A stretch of 64,000 nt of DNA from Mobula birostris (Eukaryota), in NCBI RefSeq assembly GCF_030028105.1, contig NC_092374.1, forward strand, positions 80,734,948 through 80,798,947. The letters run 5' to 3'. The notes beneath the pieces are model-generated. The model was not told the origin of the DNA. It ran no database searches and saw nothing but the letters and a program-made list of their open reading frames with translations. The translations under genes and the position numbers were made by a program. Shown here in pieces: positions 50,301-62,017 of this stretch. The first letter of the stretch is position 1. Each line of letters opens with the position of its first letter.

Positions 50301-51239
50301 ACTTGTCAGCTAAGTTTGTTTCTGTGCTCTATAGCTTTAGTACAATGAATAGGGATTCTGTTTTTTTTAAAAAGGGAAAAGAGTTGCTGTTGTATTGTCC
50401 CACTCGTGATCATCTCTGGATGTTGCTGAGTGCTTTAAATCAATTATGAAGAGTAGCCACTGTGCAAAGTCAGAAACTCATCAGCCAAATTTGATCACAG
50501 CACTGGGGGGCCCACATACAGCAGTGTGATAACAACCAGATAATTTGTGTCTGTGATAGTGATTAAGGACTAAACATTGGCTAGGACACCGGGCAGTATT
50601 CTTAAATGCGTCTAAAGAGCAAATACATAGATTTTAGATTCCTTCAGAGCAGGGTGGTTCAACACTGCTCCCTCATCACCAGCACTGAGTGTCAACTGGG
50701 ATTCTGTTCTCAGCTCTCTGAAAGCAGACCACGTTTCCTGATTCAGGAGGTGAGAAAATGCATCACACCAAGCCATGGTTGACGCATTAAGGCCTCCAAG
50801 GAGCACAAAACCGGTGTTTATTATCACTTTATAACTCCAGCTCAGAGTTTAAAAAAAACACGCCAGCAGAATATCGGGCAGCAGGTTCTGAAAATTTTAC
50901 AAACAAAATTGCCCCAGGGTTGCACCTGAAGCACAGACAGCACAGAAAGGAAGAGTGCATTATTGTACAGGACACCTGTCTCTTTGGAATAAGTTGCTGC
51001 AAGCAGGAGGTTAAGATGAATTCCTTACACAATGCAGGGAAAAAAAGTGTAAATGAGAAAGACAAGCCAAGTTCTCAAACCAAATAAAAATAAATTAAGG
51101 AAATATTATAAATTAACCTTGAAGATCTTTATCTCCCTGGTTAGTTAGCAGGGATGAGAGTGGAAGTGGGGGGAGGGAGCAAAGGGTGACTGATCCCTCA
51201 CAGTCTGCCCAGCAGGGCAGTTTCTCTTTCCCCCCTCCC

Positions 51240-51460
51240 ACTAGTTACTTGGTTAAGGGACCACGTGACTCAGTTCTAACTAGTTAACCGGCCGCTATTA
51301 TGGGATGCCTGGTACCCCTGGCAACGGGAGGGGGTGACGTCAATCTGAGCATGAGCACTGATTAATTTTCCACCTTTTTTCACCCCCCCTCGCTTATGAT
51401 GATGATGTTGATGTGGGGAGGGGGGAATGTTGAAAAATATTTTGGACGCCATCTTTTCTT
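51240..51460 (+). promoter_or_regulatory. CHD3 proximal promoter motif cluster
   Basis: E-box CACGTG at 51262 overlapping AP-1 TGACTCA at 51266; X-box-like GTACCCCTGGCAAC at 51312-51325; full CRE TGACGTCA at 51335-51342; YY1 CGCCATCTT at 51447-51455; TE-free region. Confidence 0.7.
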
Positions 51461-51780
51461 CCCCTTGTATATTAAAACATTTTTTGGGGGTAAGTCCCCC
51501 TCAACTTTTTTTTTAAAAAAACCCTTGGAGTGTCAAAAAACAGAGAGGGGGGAGGAAAAAAGAAAGCTGAACCACAGGAAAAAGAACAACAACAAAAAGT
51601 GTGAAGGATAACTTTTTTTTTCTTGCAAGAGTAGCTTCTTTTCTTTTAGCAGCTGAGTGGGTTTTTTTGTTGTGCAGGGAGTTTTTCCCCCGCCTGTGTG
51701 CATTTTTTTCTTTTTTTTAAGAGAAAGAAGGGGGAGATATTAGGTAGATTTTTCTATGGTTGTTGGGTTCCCGAGAGGAC

Positions 51781-51865
51781 ATGGCATCCCCACTGAGGCA
51801 AGAAGAAGAGCAGGAGGAGGAGGAGGAGATGGACGAAGGCGGCCCGCTTTTCCCGCCAGCGGCAG
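51781..51865 (+). CDS. CHD3: CHD3 (Mi-2alpha, NuRD remodeller), coding exon 1
   Basis: GACATGG Kozak context; encodes MASPLRQEEEQEEEEEMDEGGPLFPPAA, like the MASPLRDEEEE... N-terminus of the long human isoform. CAG|GTAGCT donor, phase 1. Synteny with NAA38/CYB5D1 supports the call. Confidence 0.85.
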
Positions 51866-52800
51866 GTAGCTCGCTGCGCGCGCCGCCCGAGAACCCCGGA
51901 CCGGTGCCGCTTTCCCTCTCCGCTGCCGCGCGCTCCCCTTCCCCTTCCCCTTCCTTCCCCTTCCCGCCCCGATGCAGTAAGAGGGACGACCGCATTATTT
52001 TTTTTTGCATCCCCCCCCCACCACCTTTTTCCCTTTCCCCTCAATCTTACAGAGACGCGCGCCCTTTTCTTTTAACGAGTGTCTTCAGCCGCCCAGGGGA
52101 GGGGGGTCGCGTCAGACCGCCGCCGGGCTCGAGCCGACCCCGCGTTTGAAATTGAAAAGCCGCCACGCGCGCCGCTCCAACCGCCGCGACCTGTCACTCA
52201 AAGCGGAGGAGAAGGGCGCCGGGTCAGGGAGCGGGCCCGGGGCGCTCTCCTCTCCACCCAACTGCTGTTTCTGTACATAATATATCTATATTGTGTGTGT
52301 ATATATATGTATGTTCTGAGGCAACTTTACATTCCCACCATCCGTTGGAATAAATTATCTCCCTTTTGCTCATTATTTCCCCTACCCCTGTTCATTTTTC
52401 TTATGGCGGACCGTGTTTCACCCCCCCCCTCCAAATCGCCGGGCAGGCCGAAGGCCCGGTAGTTCGAATCCTTTCCCTATGTGTGGGGAGGTGGTGGTGG
52501 AATTTTCCAGCCCCCCCCCCATCTCTTTCTCTCCCCCCGGGCCGAGGCCGCAACGCGGCCGTCAACGCGCAGACGCGGCGGCGCGTAGGTGCCGGCACTT
52601 AACCCCCTCGTGGCTGCGGTGTGGGCTGCTGGCCGTTTTTTGCCCGTACTCCCCGTCAGGGTGGGATGTCCGTAGCTATTCCTCTAGCTCCGACCCCCCG
52701 GCGCAGGGGGGCGGGGCGGTGGTTGTCCAGCCCCTCACCCCGTTATGAGGGGTGGGGAAATTCTTGTTCCACCCCCAACGGGGTGCGGTTCTTCCACCCC
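51830..52800. promoter_or_regulatory. CpG island over CHD3 exon 1 and intron 1
   Basis: High GC and CpG density compared with CpG-depleted flanks. Confidence 0.8.
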
Positions 52801-54574
52801 GGGGAGGGATAGCTCTGCCTCTCTTCCCCAATCCTTATAGGGCGCCCTGCACCCATTGTAGGAGTTTCTTGCCTCTTCCCCCACCCCTTCTCGTGTTTCT
52901 GCCCCTGCCCCTTTGTCAATCAGGGCGAGGGGTTTGGGTTTCCTTCCCCACCCACCAACCCTTGGTGTGTCCTGCACCATCCATCCCTCCATCTCCCAGT
53001 CCACTGTGCGGTGTTGGGGTTGCTGCCCTGTTACAATCCCCATGGGCATAAATATTGCAGATTTTGCAGCTGCTGGAAATCCAGAGCAACACACAGAAAA
53101 TGCTGGAGGAACTCAGCGGGTCAACTGGAACTAGGTGTTCTTCTACATCAGTCACTGAAAGCAAGCATGCCAGTACAGCAGGCAGTGAAGAAAGCTAATG
53201 GCATGCTGGCCTTCATAACAAGGGGAATTGAGTATAAGAGCAAAGGGGTCCTTCTGCAGCTGTTATAGGGCCCTGGTGAGACCACGTAATGTGTGCAGTT
53301 TTGGTCTCCAAATTTGAGGAAGGACATTCTTGCTATGGAGAGAGTGCAGCGTAGGTTCACAAGGTTAATTCCCGGGATGGCGGGACTGTCATATGTCGAA
53401 AGATTGGAGCGACTGGGCTTGTATACTCTGGAATTTAGAAGGCTGAGAGGGGATCTTATTGAAACATACAAGATTATTAAGGGATTGAACACGCTGGAGG
53501 CAGGAAACATGTTCCCGCTGATGGGTGAGTCCAGAACCAGAGGCCACAGTTTAAGAACGGAGTTGAGGGAAAAGCTTTTTCACTCAGAGAGTGGTGGATA
53601 TATGAAGTGCTCTGCCCCAGAAGGCTGTGGAGGCCAAGTCTCTGGATGCTTTCAAGAAAGAGATGGATAGAGCGCTTAAAGATAGCAGAATCAAAGGTTA
53701 TGGGGATAAGGCAGGAACTAGATACTGATTGTGGATGATCAGCCATGATCACAGTGAATGGTGGTGCTGGCTCAAAGGGCTGAATGGCCTACTCCTGCAC
53801 CTATTGTGAAAGGAGTATTGTCAAAGCAGCATCTGTGGAAGGGAATGAACAGTCGACATTTTCGATTGAAACCCTTCATTAGACCCCTTCTGCCTTTCTC
53901 CCAACCCCAGCCGCCTCTAGAGTGCTCTGTGCTTACCACCCTTTTTGCAATCCTGAATCTACTCTGTCACTTTCGTGCTGCTGTTGACTGATTTCCCTCT
54001 TTTCACCCTGGGGAGTTCCTCACTCCTTCCATGCCCCCTCCCCCTCCCCCCGCTGTGTGTTCTTGACACTATCCCTTTTACAAAAGGGACAATATTCCTG
54101 ACTTTCCCATGTTTTCCCTGACTCTTCTTCCTCCCCATCCGACTTCCCCGCTGCACTCTGACCCTTCAGCAACAGAAAGATCAACCATTGATAGCGGGAC
54201 CTCTCAAAACCATTTTCTGAGGTGCAAGTGTTCAAAATGCAATGTTGTCCAACCTGTTGTGAGTATGGGGGGGGGTGCGGTTTCAGAATGCTTTACATCT
54301 GATTAGCAGTGATTTACTCCCACAGTATATCAGTGATCTGTAGTACAGATATAATCCACCAGTTCAGTGTTTTTGACACTACCAGTAAAGCCAGAGACTG
54401 AAGTTAAACTGAATAAGTGAGTTAACTTGTGGAATAACTCGCTGCTGGAAACAGACATGACCGTAAAGCTGTTGTTTAACCACAGAAGACAAGCCAATTC
54501 TCTTAAACAATCCTTCAGAGAAGGGGACCTACCACCTGCAATACAGAAACGTGGTTCCACAGTCACAGAACAGG

Positions 54575-55340
54575 GAGAGTGCTGTTTAGATACAGTGAAG
54601 CTCCCTGTATATTGTGCAATCACACACTTCCAGGGCAGTGTTAGATACAGGGTGAAGTTCCCTTGACATTATTCTAGCGCACACTCCCAGGACAGAGACA
54701 GCACAGGTTAGATACAGAGTGAAACTCCCTCTGTACTCTCCCGTCGCACACTCCCAGGACAGAGACAGCACAGGTTAGATACAGAGTGAAACTCCCTCTG
54801 TACTCTCCCGTCGCACACTTCCAGGACAGAGACAGCACAGGTTAGATACAGAGTGAAACTCCCTCTGTACTCTCCCATCGTACACTCCCAGGACAGAGAC
54901 AGCACAGGTTAGATACAGAGTGAAACTCCCTCTGTACCTCGCCCATCGCACACTCCCAGGACAGAGACAGCACAGGTTAGGTACAGAGTGAAACTCCCTC
55001 TGTACTCTCCCATCGCACACTCCCAGGACAGAGACAGCACAGGTTAGATACAGAGTGAAACTCCCTCTGTACCTCGCCCATCGCACACTCCCAGGACAGA
55101 GACAGCACAGGTTAGGTACAGAGTGAAACTCCCTCTGTACCTCGCCCATCGCACACTCCCAGGACAGAGACAGCTCCCTCTACATTGTTCCAGCAGACAC
55201 TCCCAGGATTTGGACAATATCAGTTAGATACAGAGTGAATCTCCGTCTGCATTATTTCACATATTCTCAGGACCAGCTCAGGTTTAATACAGGATAATGC
55301 TCTCTACATTGTCCCAGCAGACAATCATAGAGCAGGTACA
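54575..55340 (+). repeat. 67-bp tandem array in CHD3 intron 1 (~7.5 homogeneous copies at 54680-55175 plus degenerate flanking units)
   Basis: Unit CACACTCCCAGGACAGAGACAGCACAGGTTAGATACAGAGTGAAACTCCCTCTGTACTCTCCCGTCG. Confidence 0.95.
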
Positions 55341-55523
55341 AAATCTGAGATTTTTTTTATGTGTGATTGCAGTCTTTGCAATCTATCACATTTGTTAATA
55401 CTACAGCAGATGCATTTTCTAGAGACCGCTGTCAAACATTAATGCCTTGTCGTTTTGTTGCCATCAGAGACAAACAAAAATTTGTGCATCTTTATGGGAA
55501 CCCAATGATCTGTTTGTTTCCAG

Positions 55524-55654
55524 TTGCAGAGGAGAATGTGGAGGAAGTCATTGAAGGACACTCTGAAGGTGACGGTGTCAAAAAGAGACGAAAGAAACTG
55601 CTGAAGAAACAAAAAGAAAATAAGCCAGCTAAAACCAAAAAGCGGAAGAGACTG
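55524..55654 (+). CDS. CHD3: CHD3 coding exon 2
   Basis: TTTCCAG| acceptor (alternative TTGCAG| at 55530); encodes (V)AEENVEEVIEGHSEGDGVKKRRKKLLKKQKENKPAKTKKRKRL, matching the CHD3 GVKKRKR..KKQKENKP..KRK basic region; |GTGAGT donor. Later exons were not found in the window. Confidence 0.9.
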
Positions 55655-55724
55655 GTGAGTGACACTTTGCTTTTTTTGACCAGTATGCTGAAGGAACAAA
55701 TCTCTTACTTAGATAAGGAAGTTT

Positions 55725-56393
55725 GGTTGGGTTGAGTTGTTCTCCAAACTTGGCAATTTACTTGCAGACATTTTGTCACCATGTGAGGAGACATTGTCAG
55801 TGGCTTTTGATTGTGGTGTGTCCTCTAAATGCTTAACCTACAAAATCCAACGCAGGGACCGCAGCAAATATTACATCAGCCAAACTGGGAGAAAACTATC
55901 CACAAGGATCTATGAACATCAACTGGCTGTAAAGTGGAATGACCAACTCTCCCGAGACTCTACCCATGAAGATAGAGAGGGGCACAAATTTGATTGGGCA
56001 TCAGTGAAAATTATGGTGCAAGTGAACACATGGCATGCAAGAGTTTATAGAAGTGTTTTTCTGTGAACAAGTGTGTAAATAGACTCGTATAGCTCGATCC
56101 TATTTATGAACCGATGCAGGCAAAATTCCAGACCATGGTGCATGAAGTTCGCCCTACAGCCAATCAAGTGATGAGATTTCCTCCCTACATTGCAATTGAG
56201 TTTCTGAAATGATGTCCAATCAGCTGATTGAAAAGTATATAAAGGCCAAGCATTCGGAGGACACACCATAATCAATGGCATACTGATAATGTCTGTGTGG
56301 TGACAAAATGTTTACAAGAAAATTGCCAGCATTGGAGAACAACTTAACCCAACCATCAGCTACCGGAACTACACATCTATCTAATTATTTCCA
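55725..56393 (+). mobile_element. PLE of a different family, with inverted terminal arms
   Basis: GIY-YIG remnant YKIQ...YYISQTGRKLSTRIYEH...HKFDW. 55725-55830 is inverted relative to 56255-56355. Degenerate TSD ATAAGGAAGTTT / ATAGGGAAGTCT. Confidence 0.8.
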
Positions 56394-56785
56394 ATAGGGA
56401 AGTCTTTTCAGATGTTGAAACCTGGTTTGATTGTGATGGATCGCTTCTGAAATTAAATTCATCTACTTATTTTAGCCCCAACCAAAATCCTCTGATCTCA
56501 AGCCAATTTGGCGTAGTTCTCTAGTGAGAGAGTTCCTGACTTCCACTGCTCTTTTTCTGAAGAGCTCATTCCTGACATTGATCCCCAGTAGTTTTGGTTC
56601 ATGATGTCCTTTGGAGGTCCCTCTACCTTTACTCACATACTTAGTAAATTCTTTAATCCATTTTAAACATATTAATTGAATCACTTATTTAATCTCTGTT
56701 CAACAAACTAAATTAAAGTTGGGTCTTAACATTTCAAACTTCAAAGTAAATACATAATCAAAGTACATATACCACTAAAAAATAA

Positions 56786-58516
56786 CACCCTATCCTCGTT
56801 ATATGCGGAGGATACGTTCCTCAAAGTCGACACATAATGTGAATAATTATTTAGATGGGGAAAATAAGGATGTGTTCTTGAGGGCTTCCTAAATATGTTT
56901 TATCTGTAATTTATTCACATTTTCATACCAATACGACACAAAAGCAGTACCACAAGGCAACATTCGTATTATATTTCATCAATTTAAGGTAATATTCAAT
57001 GTGATAAATCATAGAAAGTTAACATACTAGGGTGTACGGTACTCGCCAACAGTGGCAGGTATGTTTGCTTCGGGAGATGGAGTGGTTGTTGTGGTGTCGG
57101 GCAGCTTTAGACGGATGAGGTGGATGGTTGTGTGTCGTCAGGGTCATCAAGGACAGCAAGGGGTGAGGGAAGACTCTCAAAACTCTCAGTACTGCCTGCA
57201 GCAGATGATGACACTGGTTTGAAGAAAGTGGTGAGGATTGTATGCTTGGCAGCATTTTGTCTTTCAGCATAAATTTGCTTGTAGGGAGGAAGGCTTGACT
57301 GCAGGGAACTACTGAAATGCTGACTCCATTCTAAACTTGGGTCCATGTCCATCGCCATTTGTGCCAAGTGTTCCGCGGCCTTAAAAAAATTCTGCCAGTT
57401 GCTTCAGAGTGGAAGACCTGACCTCTTTCCAGGATTCATCAATGTTGTTGATGGCATGTCTGATGTTGAAGGATTTCCACCATTCCCTCACCGTTGTAAA
57501 CTCCCGGGATTTTCAAAATCCTCTGTTGCTTGCAGCATCTGAGAAACAGTTCGCCATTAAAAAAAGATACGCCTTGAATGTGGATATCACACCTTGGTCA
57601 AGTGGTTGAATTGGCGATGTTGTGTTAGGCGGCAGGAAGCACACTGTTATGTTAGGATGAATGCTGTCGAAATGTCTAGGATGGGCTGGCGCATTGTCAA
57701 GCAACAAAAGAACTTTGAAGGCAAGATTCTGTTCCGGGCAGTAGCGTTCAGCCTCAACGACAAAATGATTAGCAAACCAGTCTTCAAAGATTTGACCAGT
57801 GACCCATGCTTTCTTGTTGGCTGCCCAGTGGACAGGAAGCATATTCTTACTCAAACCCTTAAGAGCACAGGGGTTTAGTGAATGGTAAACTAAGAGAGGC
57901 TTCACCTTACAGTCTCCTTTGGCATTGGAACACATACGCAAAGTCAATCTATCCTCTGCTGCCTTGAAACCTGATGCAGTTTTTTCATCCTTATGTAAGT
58001 GCGTTTCGGTATATGCTTCCAAAAAAGCCCAATCTCGTCTGCATTAAACACCTGCTTTGGTGTGATGCTTAAATCAGTTATCATAGCCCACAACTGCACA
58101 GGGTAGCATCCCAGAGCTGTGTTACCTTCACCTGACGCCGCCCTGTTTATAATTTCCAACTTTTTTTCCCAAGTGTTAAAGTGGTTCTTTGCCACTTGGC
58201 TGATGGCCCAGAACTTGACATTGGACACTTAGGAGGCATAGTTAAATATTTCAAGCACAAAATCACTGCACTGTAGGTAAAAACACAAAAGTTTAAGAGC
58301 ACAAGATCGCACATCCACACGTTGCCAAAACCAGTGCGAGACTGGCGGGGGAGTGAGACTGTGAGGCGTGCACACGTGACTTGTATTGGCGGGAAAGCAG
58401 TGCTCCTCGCATAACTGTGAGTTTTGGACGCATATGATGAGAAGTTGGTAGAAATAGGTTCCTCGCATAACTGTGAATCCGCATCGTCTAAAGACGCATA
58501 TAATGAGGATAGGGTG
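56786..58516 (-). mobile_element. Tigger/pogo-like DNA transposon, internally deleted, in CHD3 intron 2
   Basis: TIRs CACCCTATCCTCGTTATATGCG / CGCATATAATGAGGATAGGGTG|TA; DDE_1 motifs QVFNADEIGLFWK, KVLLLLDNAPAHP, FLPPNTTSPIQPLDQGVISTFKAY. Confidence 0.92.
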
Positions 58517-58589
58517 TACACGTACTGCTAAAAGAAATAGCATATCCTTGCCTGTAAAGACTTTGCAAAGCATCACTACGAGCATAGTG

Positions 58590-59208
58590 TAAAGACATGG
58601 AATAAGTTCTTGTGGTTAGATGAGACTTAAGTGGAACTGTTTGGCCTTGATTAAAAACCAGTTTCTGCCAGAAAGCTTAAACTGGGGAGGAGGTCTGTCT
58701 TTCAGTAGAACAATAGCCCAAAACACACTACCAGAGCAACCATGGACTGGCTTCAAATTAAGAAAATGGATGTCCTTGAGTGGTTTAGTTAGAGTCCTGA
58801 CCTTAACCCAATCAAGCATCTCTGGCAAGGCCTCGAGGTTGTTGTTCACTGCCACTCCCAACTCATCTGGCATGGCTTGAGCAACTTTGCAAGGACAAAT
58901 GGGCAAATCTTCCTCTATCACATTGTGCAAAGCTAACAGAGACTCATCCAAAAAGACTGCTCATTGTAGTATCTGTGGGAGATGGTTCAACTGAGCAAAG
59001 GGGAATGAATACTTTTGAACTGCGGACATTCTGGTTTTTAAGTTTTTGGTTTTTCATGCTTTATAATTTTCTGGAGTTTTTTTGACTGTGAAAAATGGAG
59101 GATGTGATTGACAAATAAAAATTCTGAGTTAAATTGATCTTCCCCTGGTTGTAATAAGCAATTTATGTGAACGAAGGGTTGGGGGCTGAATACTTTTACA
59201 AGGCACTG
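58590..59208 (+). mobile_element. Tc1-like transposon 3' fragment
   Basis: Degenerate FQ.NNSPKHT and SPDLNPIKHLW motifs; terminal GGGGCTGAATACTTTTACAAGGCACTG|TA Tc1 TIR. Confidence 0.85.
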
Positions 59209-60558
59209 TAGTATTCAGACTTACTATAATAAGGTTTAGAAATAAAACTCAAGCACATGTAAGCAAAAGTTAATGGTACTGTTGATCACATCTTCCATTA
59301 CGTTGCTAATGACTGAAATTGTTTTAGACTATACATGTTCAGTATGCATCAACAGGGCATCTAGTCAATTCCATGTAACTCAGCTGGGATATTGCTGTAT
59401 TCACTGCTCTTGGTGCTGCTTAATGTCACTTGAAATCAGTTGAATTGGCTGATGGTATGGATCATCCAGTTGTCACTTCTGCTTGAGTATGGTTGCAGTG
59501 CTTCAGCCTCCTCTTCAGTTTGTGCGTTAAGGATTGGGATTTCAGAGTTCCTATCTCTCACTGGCTGCTGAACTGTCCATCACTATATCTTGATATGACA
59601 GGACCTTAGAGTTTTGGTCTGAACTGATGTGTGTGGAATCACAGTCCTGTCTATTGCATTCCATCTTTCCTGCATTTAATCCTGTGTTGCAGCTCGGCAC
59701 CTGTTAGGTGTGCCTGCTACTCTGGATGTGCCTTCCTGATTTACCTAGGAGTTGGCTCTCTCCCTGATGGTGATGTTACAATAAAGGATCTGCCAGGCCA
59801 GGAGGTTATAGTGAATACCATTATGTTGCTACTGATGATGCACAGTGGTTCATGGAGGCCAGATTTAAGTTGCCATGAATGTTCTGATCTCATCAATTTA
59901 AGTGGCCACTAACATGAAGGCAGTTGTAAACTCAGCCAGCTCTATCATGAGCACGCACTTCCCCGCATCCAGGACATCTTCTAGGAGCGATGCCTCAAAA
60001 AGGCAGCATCTATCATTAAGGACCCCCATCATCCAGGACGTGCCCTCTTCTCGTTGCTGTCATCAAGGAGGTTTTACAGTAGCCTGAGGGCACACTCTCT
60101 AAGTTTCAGGACGGTTTCTTTCCCTCTGCCATCAGGTTTTTGAATGGACAATGAATCCTTGAATCAGAATCATATTATCACCAGCATGTGGTGTAAAATT
60201 TAACTGAGCAGAAGCAGTTTAATGCAATAAATGATAATATTGAAATAAATAGATCAAATACAGTAAGTGTATGTATATTAAATAGATTAAAAATAGTGCA
60301 AAACCAAATAATATATATTTAAAAAATAAAGTAAGGCAGTGTTCATGGGTTCAATGTCCATTTAGGAATTGTATGGCAGAGGGGATGAAACTGTTCCTGA
60401 ATCGCTGAGTGTATGCCTTTTGTATTTCCCTCCTGATGGTAGCAATAAAAGACAGCATAACTTGGGTCATTAATAATGGATGTCATCTTTCTGAGGCATC
60501 GCTCCTTGAAGATGTCTTGGGTACTATGGAGGCTAGCACCCAAAATGGAGCTAATTTT

Positions 60559-60701
60559 GCTGGTGAACGCAGCTGATGAAGGGTCTTAACCCGAAGCGTC
60601 GACTGTACCTCTTCTTAGAGATGCTGCCTGGCCTGCTGCGTTCACCAGCAACTTCGATGTGTGTTGCTTGAATTTCCAGCATCTGTAGAATTCCTCGTGT
60701 G
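60559..60701 (+). mobile_element. 143-bp PLE mini-insertion with perfect 14-bp TSD, inside a Rex/Babar-like remnant
   Basis: TSD ATGGAGCTAATTTT at 60545-60558 and 60702-60715; 14-nt inverted stub followed by CTGATGAAGGG...CCCGAAGCGTCGACTG. Confidence 0.85.
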
Positions 60702-61242
60702 ATGGAGCTAATTTTACAACTTTCTGTAGCTTCTTTCTGTCCTGTGCAGTAGCCCCCCCCCCCCACCTGCCCCCATTCCAGACAGTGAAGCAGCCTGACA
60801 GAATGCTGTCCATGGTACACCTATAGAACTTTTTGAGTGTTTTATTTGTGAAATCAAATCTCCTCAAACTCCTAATGAAATTTAGCTGCTGTCTTGCCTT
60901 CTTTATAACTGCTTCTACATGTTGGGACCAGGTTAGATTCTCAGAGATCTTGACACCCAGGAGCTTGAAATTGCGCACACTTTCCACTTTTGATCCCTCT
61001 ATGAGTATTGGTCTGTGTTTGTGTTCCCTCATCTTACCCTTCCTGGTCCACAATCAGCTCTTTCGTCCAACCGACATTGAGTTCAAAGTTGTTGCTGCAA
61101 AACCTCTCAACTAGCTAGTATAGCTCGCTCTCGTATGTCCTCTCATCTCCATCTGAGATTCTACCTATCTCGCTCCTGAACATTACCTCACTTCTTTTTC
61201 CTCACTTTTTTTGCATTATTTAATTTATATATAGAGAGAGAG

Positions 61243-62017
61243 AGTTCTGGTTAATTGGGACACATCAGGACCAGTACATTTTGGTCCAATTAAGCAGCTG
61301 CCCCAATTACCTGAAGTTCCATGGAAATAATTAAAAGGTACCAAAAAGAAACATTTAACTGCATAACAAATTGTGTTTGAGTAAAATACAAAACAAATGA
61401 GAACACTACCAATACATCTACAGTACTATAAAACAAAAGTATATTAGTTCCTAATAGTTATCGATGGAAAAATTCATCTGCCGTGTTTGTTCTTTTGGTT
61501 GACTGTAAATGAACAAATCAGTGTAGTGGACTGCCTTTGTACAATGCTTTAGATGATTTAATTCTCCAAGTCTTCATTTCCATTGTAACATTCAAGATGA
61601 CTGTTAATATCTTCTAATTTGTTACAATCCCTAACTGTTGAAGTAGTGAAATTTTCACTCCCAGTCATTTCTGGTATGCCTGAATGCTTGAAACCATGTT
61701 GAGTAAATCAGAGCAACACACACAAAATGCTGGAGAAAATCAGTAAATCAGTTCCAAATTGTCTTACTGCTTATTTATTTACTTACTGCTTTTAGAACAC
61801 AAAGATATGCAACTAATGCTATTTAAAAACTAATTGCTCTAATGGCCATTCAAGTGCATGCTAGTTAGAAACTGTTCTGTAGCAGCTTCCTGTCCCAATT
61901 AAGAGGCATAGTGTCCTAAATAAATGAAAGGAATCTTGGCTATTTTCTCAATTTAGGTTTTTGTTCTAAGAGTTGTCCCAAATAAATGGCTGCCCCAATT
62001 AACCCAGAATCCACAGT
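61243..62017. mobile_element. Tc1/mariner (pogo-type) MITE
   Basis: Inverted ends TTCTGGTTAATTGGG / CCCAATTAACCCAGAATCCACAG|TA; internal CCCAATTA subterminal repeats. Confidence 0.65.

Noticed and set aside
52005-53164. Many Pro/Gly/Arg-rich ORFs in CHD3 intron 1
   Set aside because: CpG-island composition artefacts.
54775-55149. 124-aa repetitive ORF
   Set aside because: Translation of the 67-bp tandem array.
57345-58230. TIGD-like host gene
   Set aside because: Frameshifted, internally deleted and bounded by TIRs.
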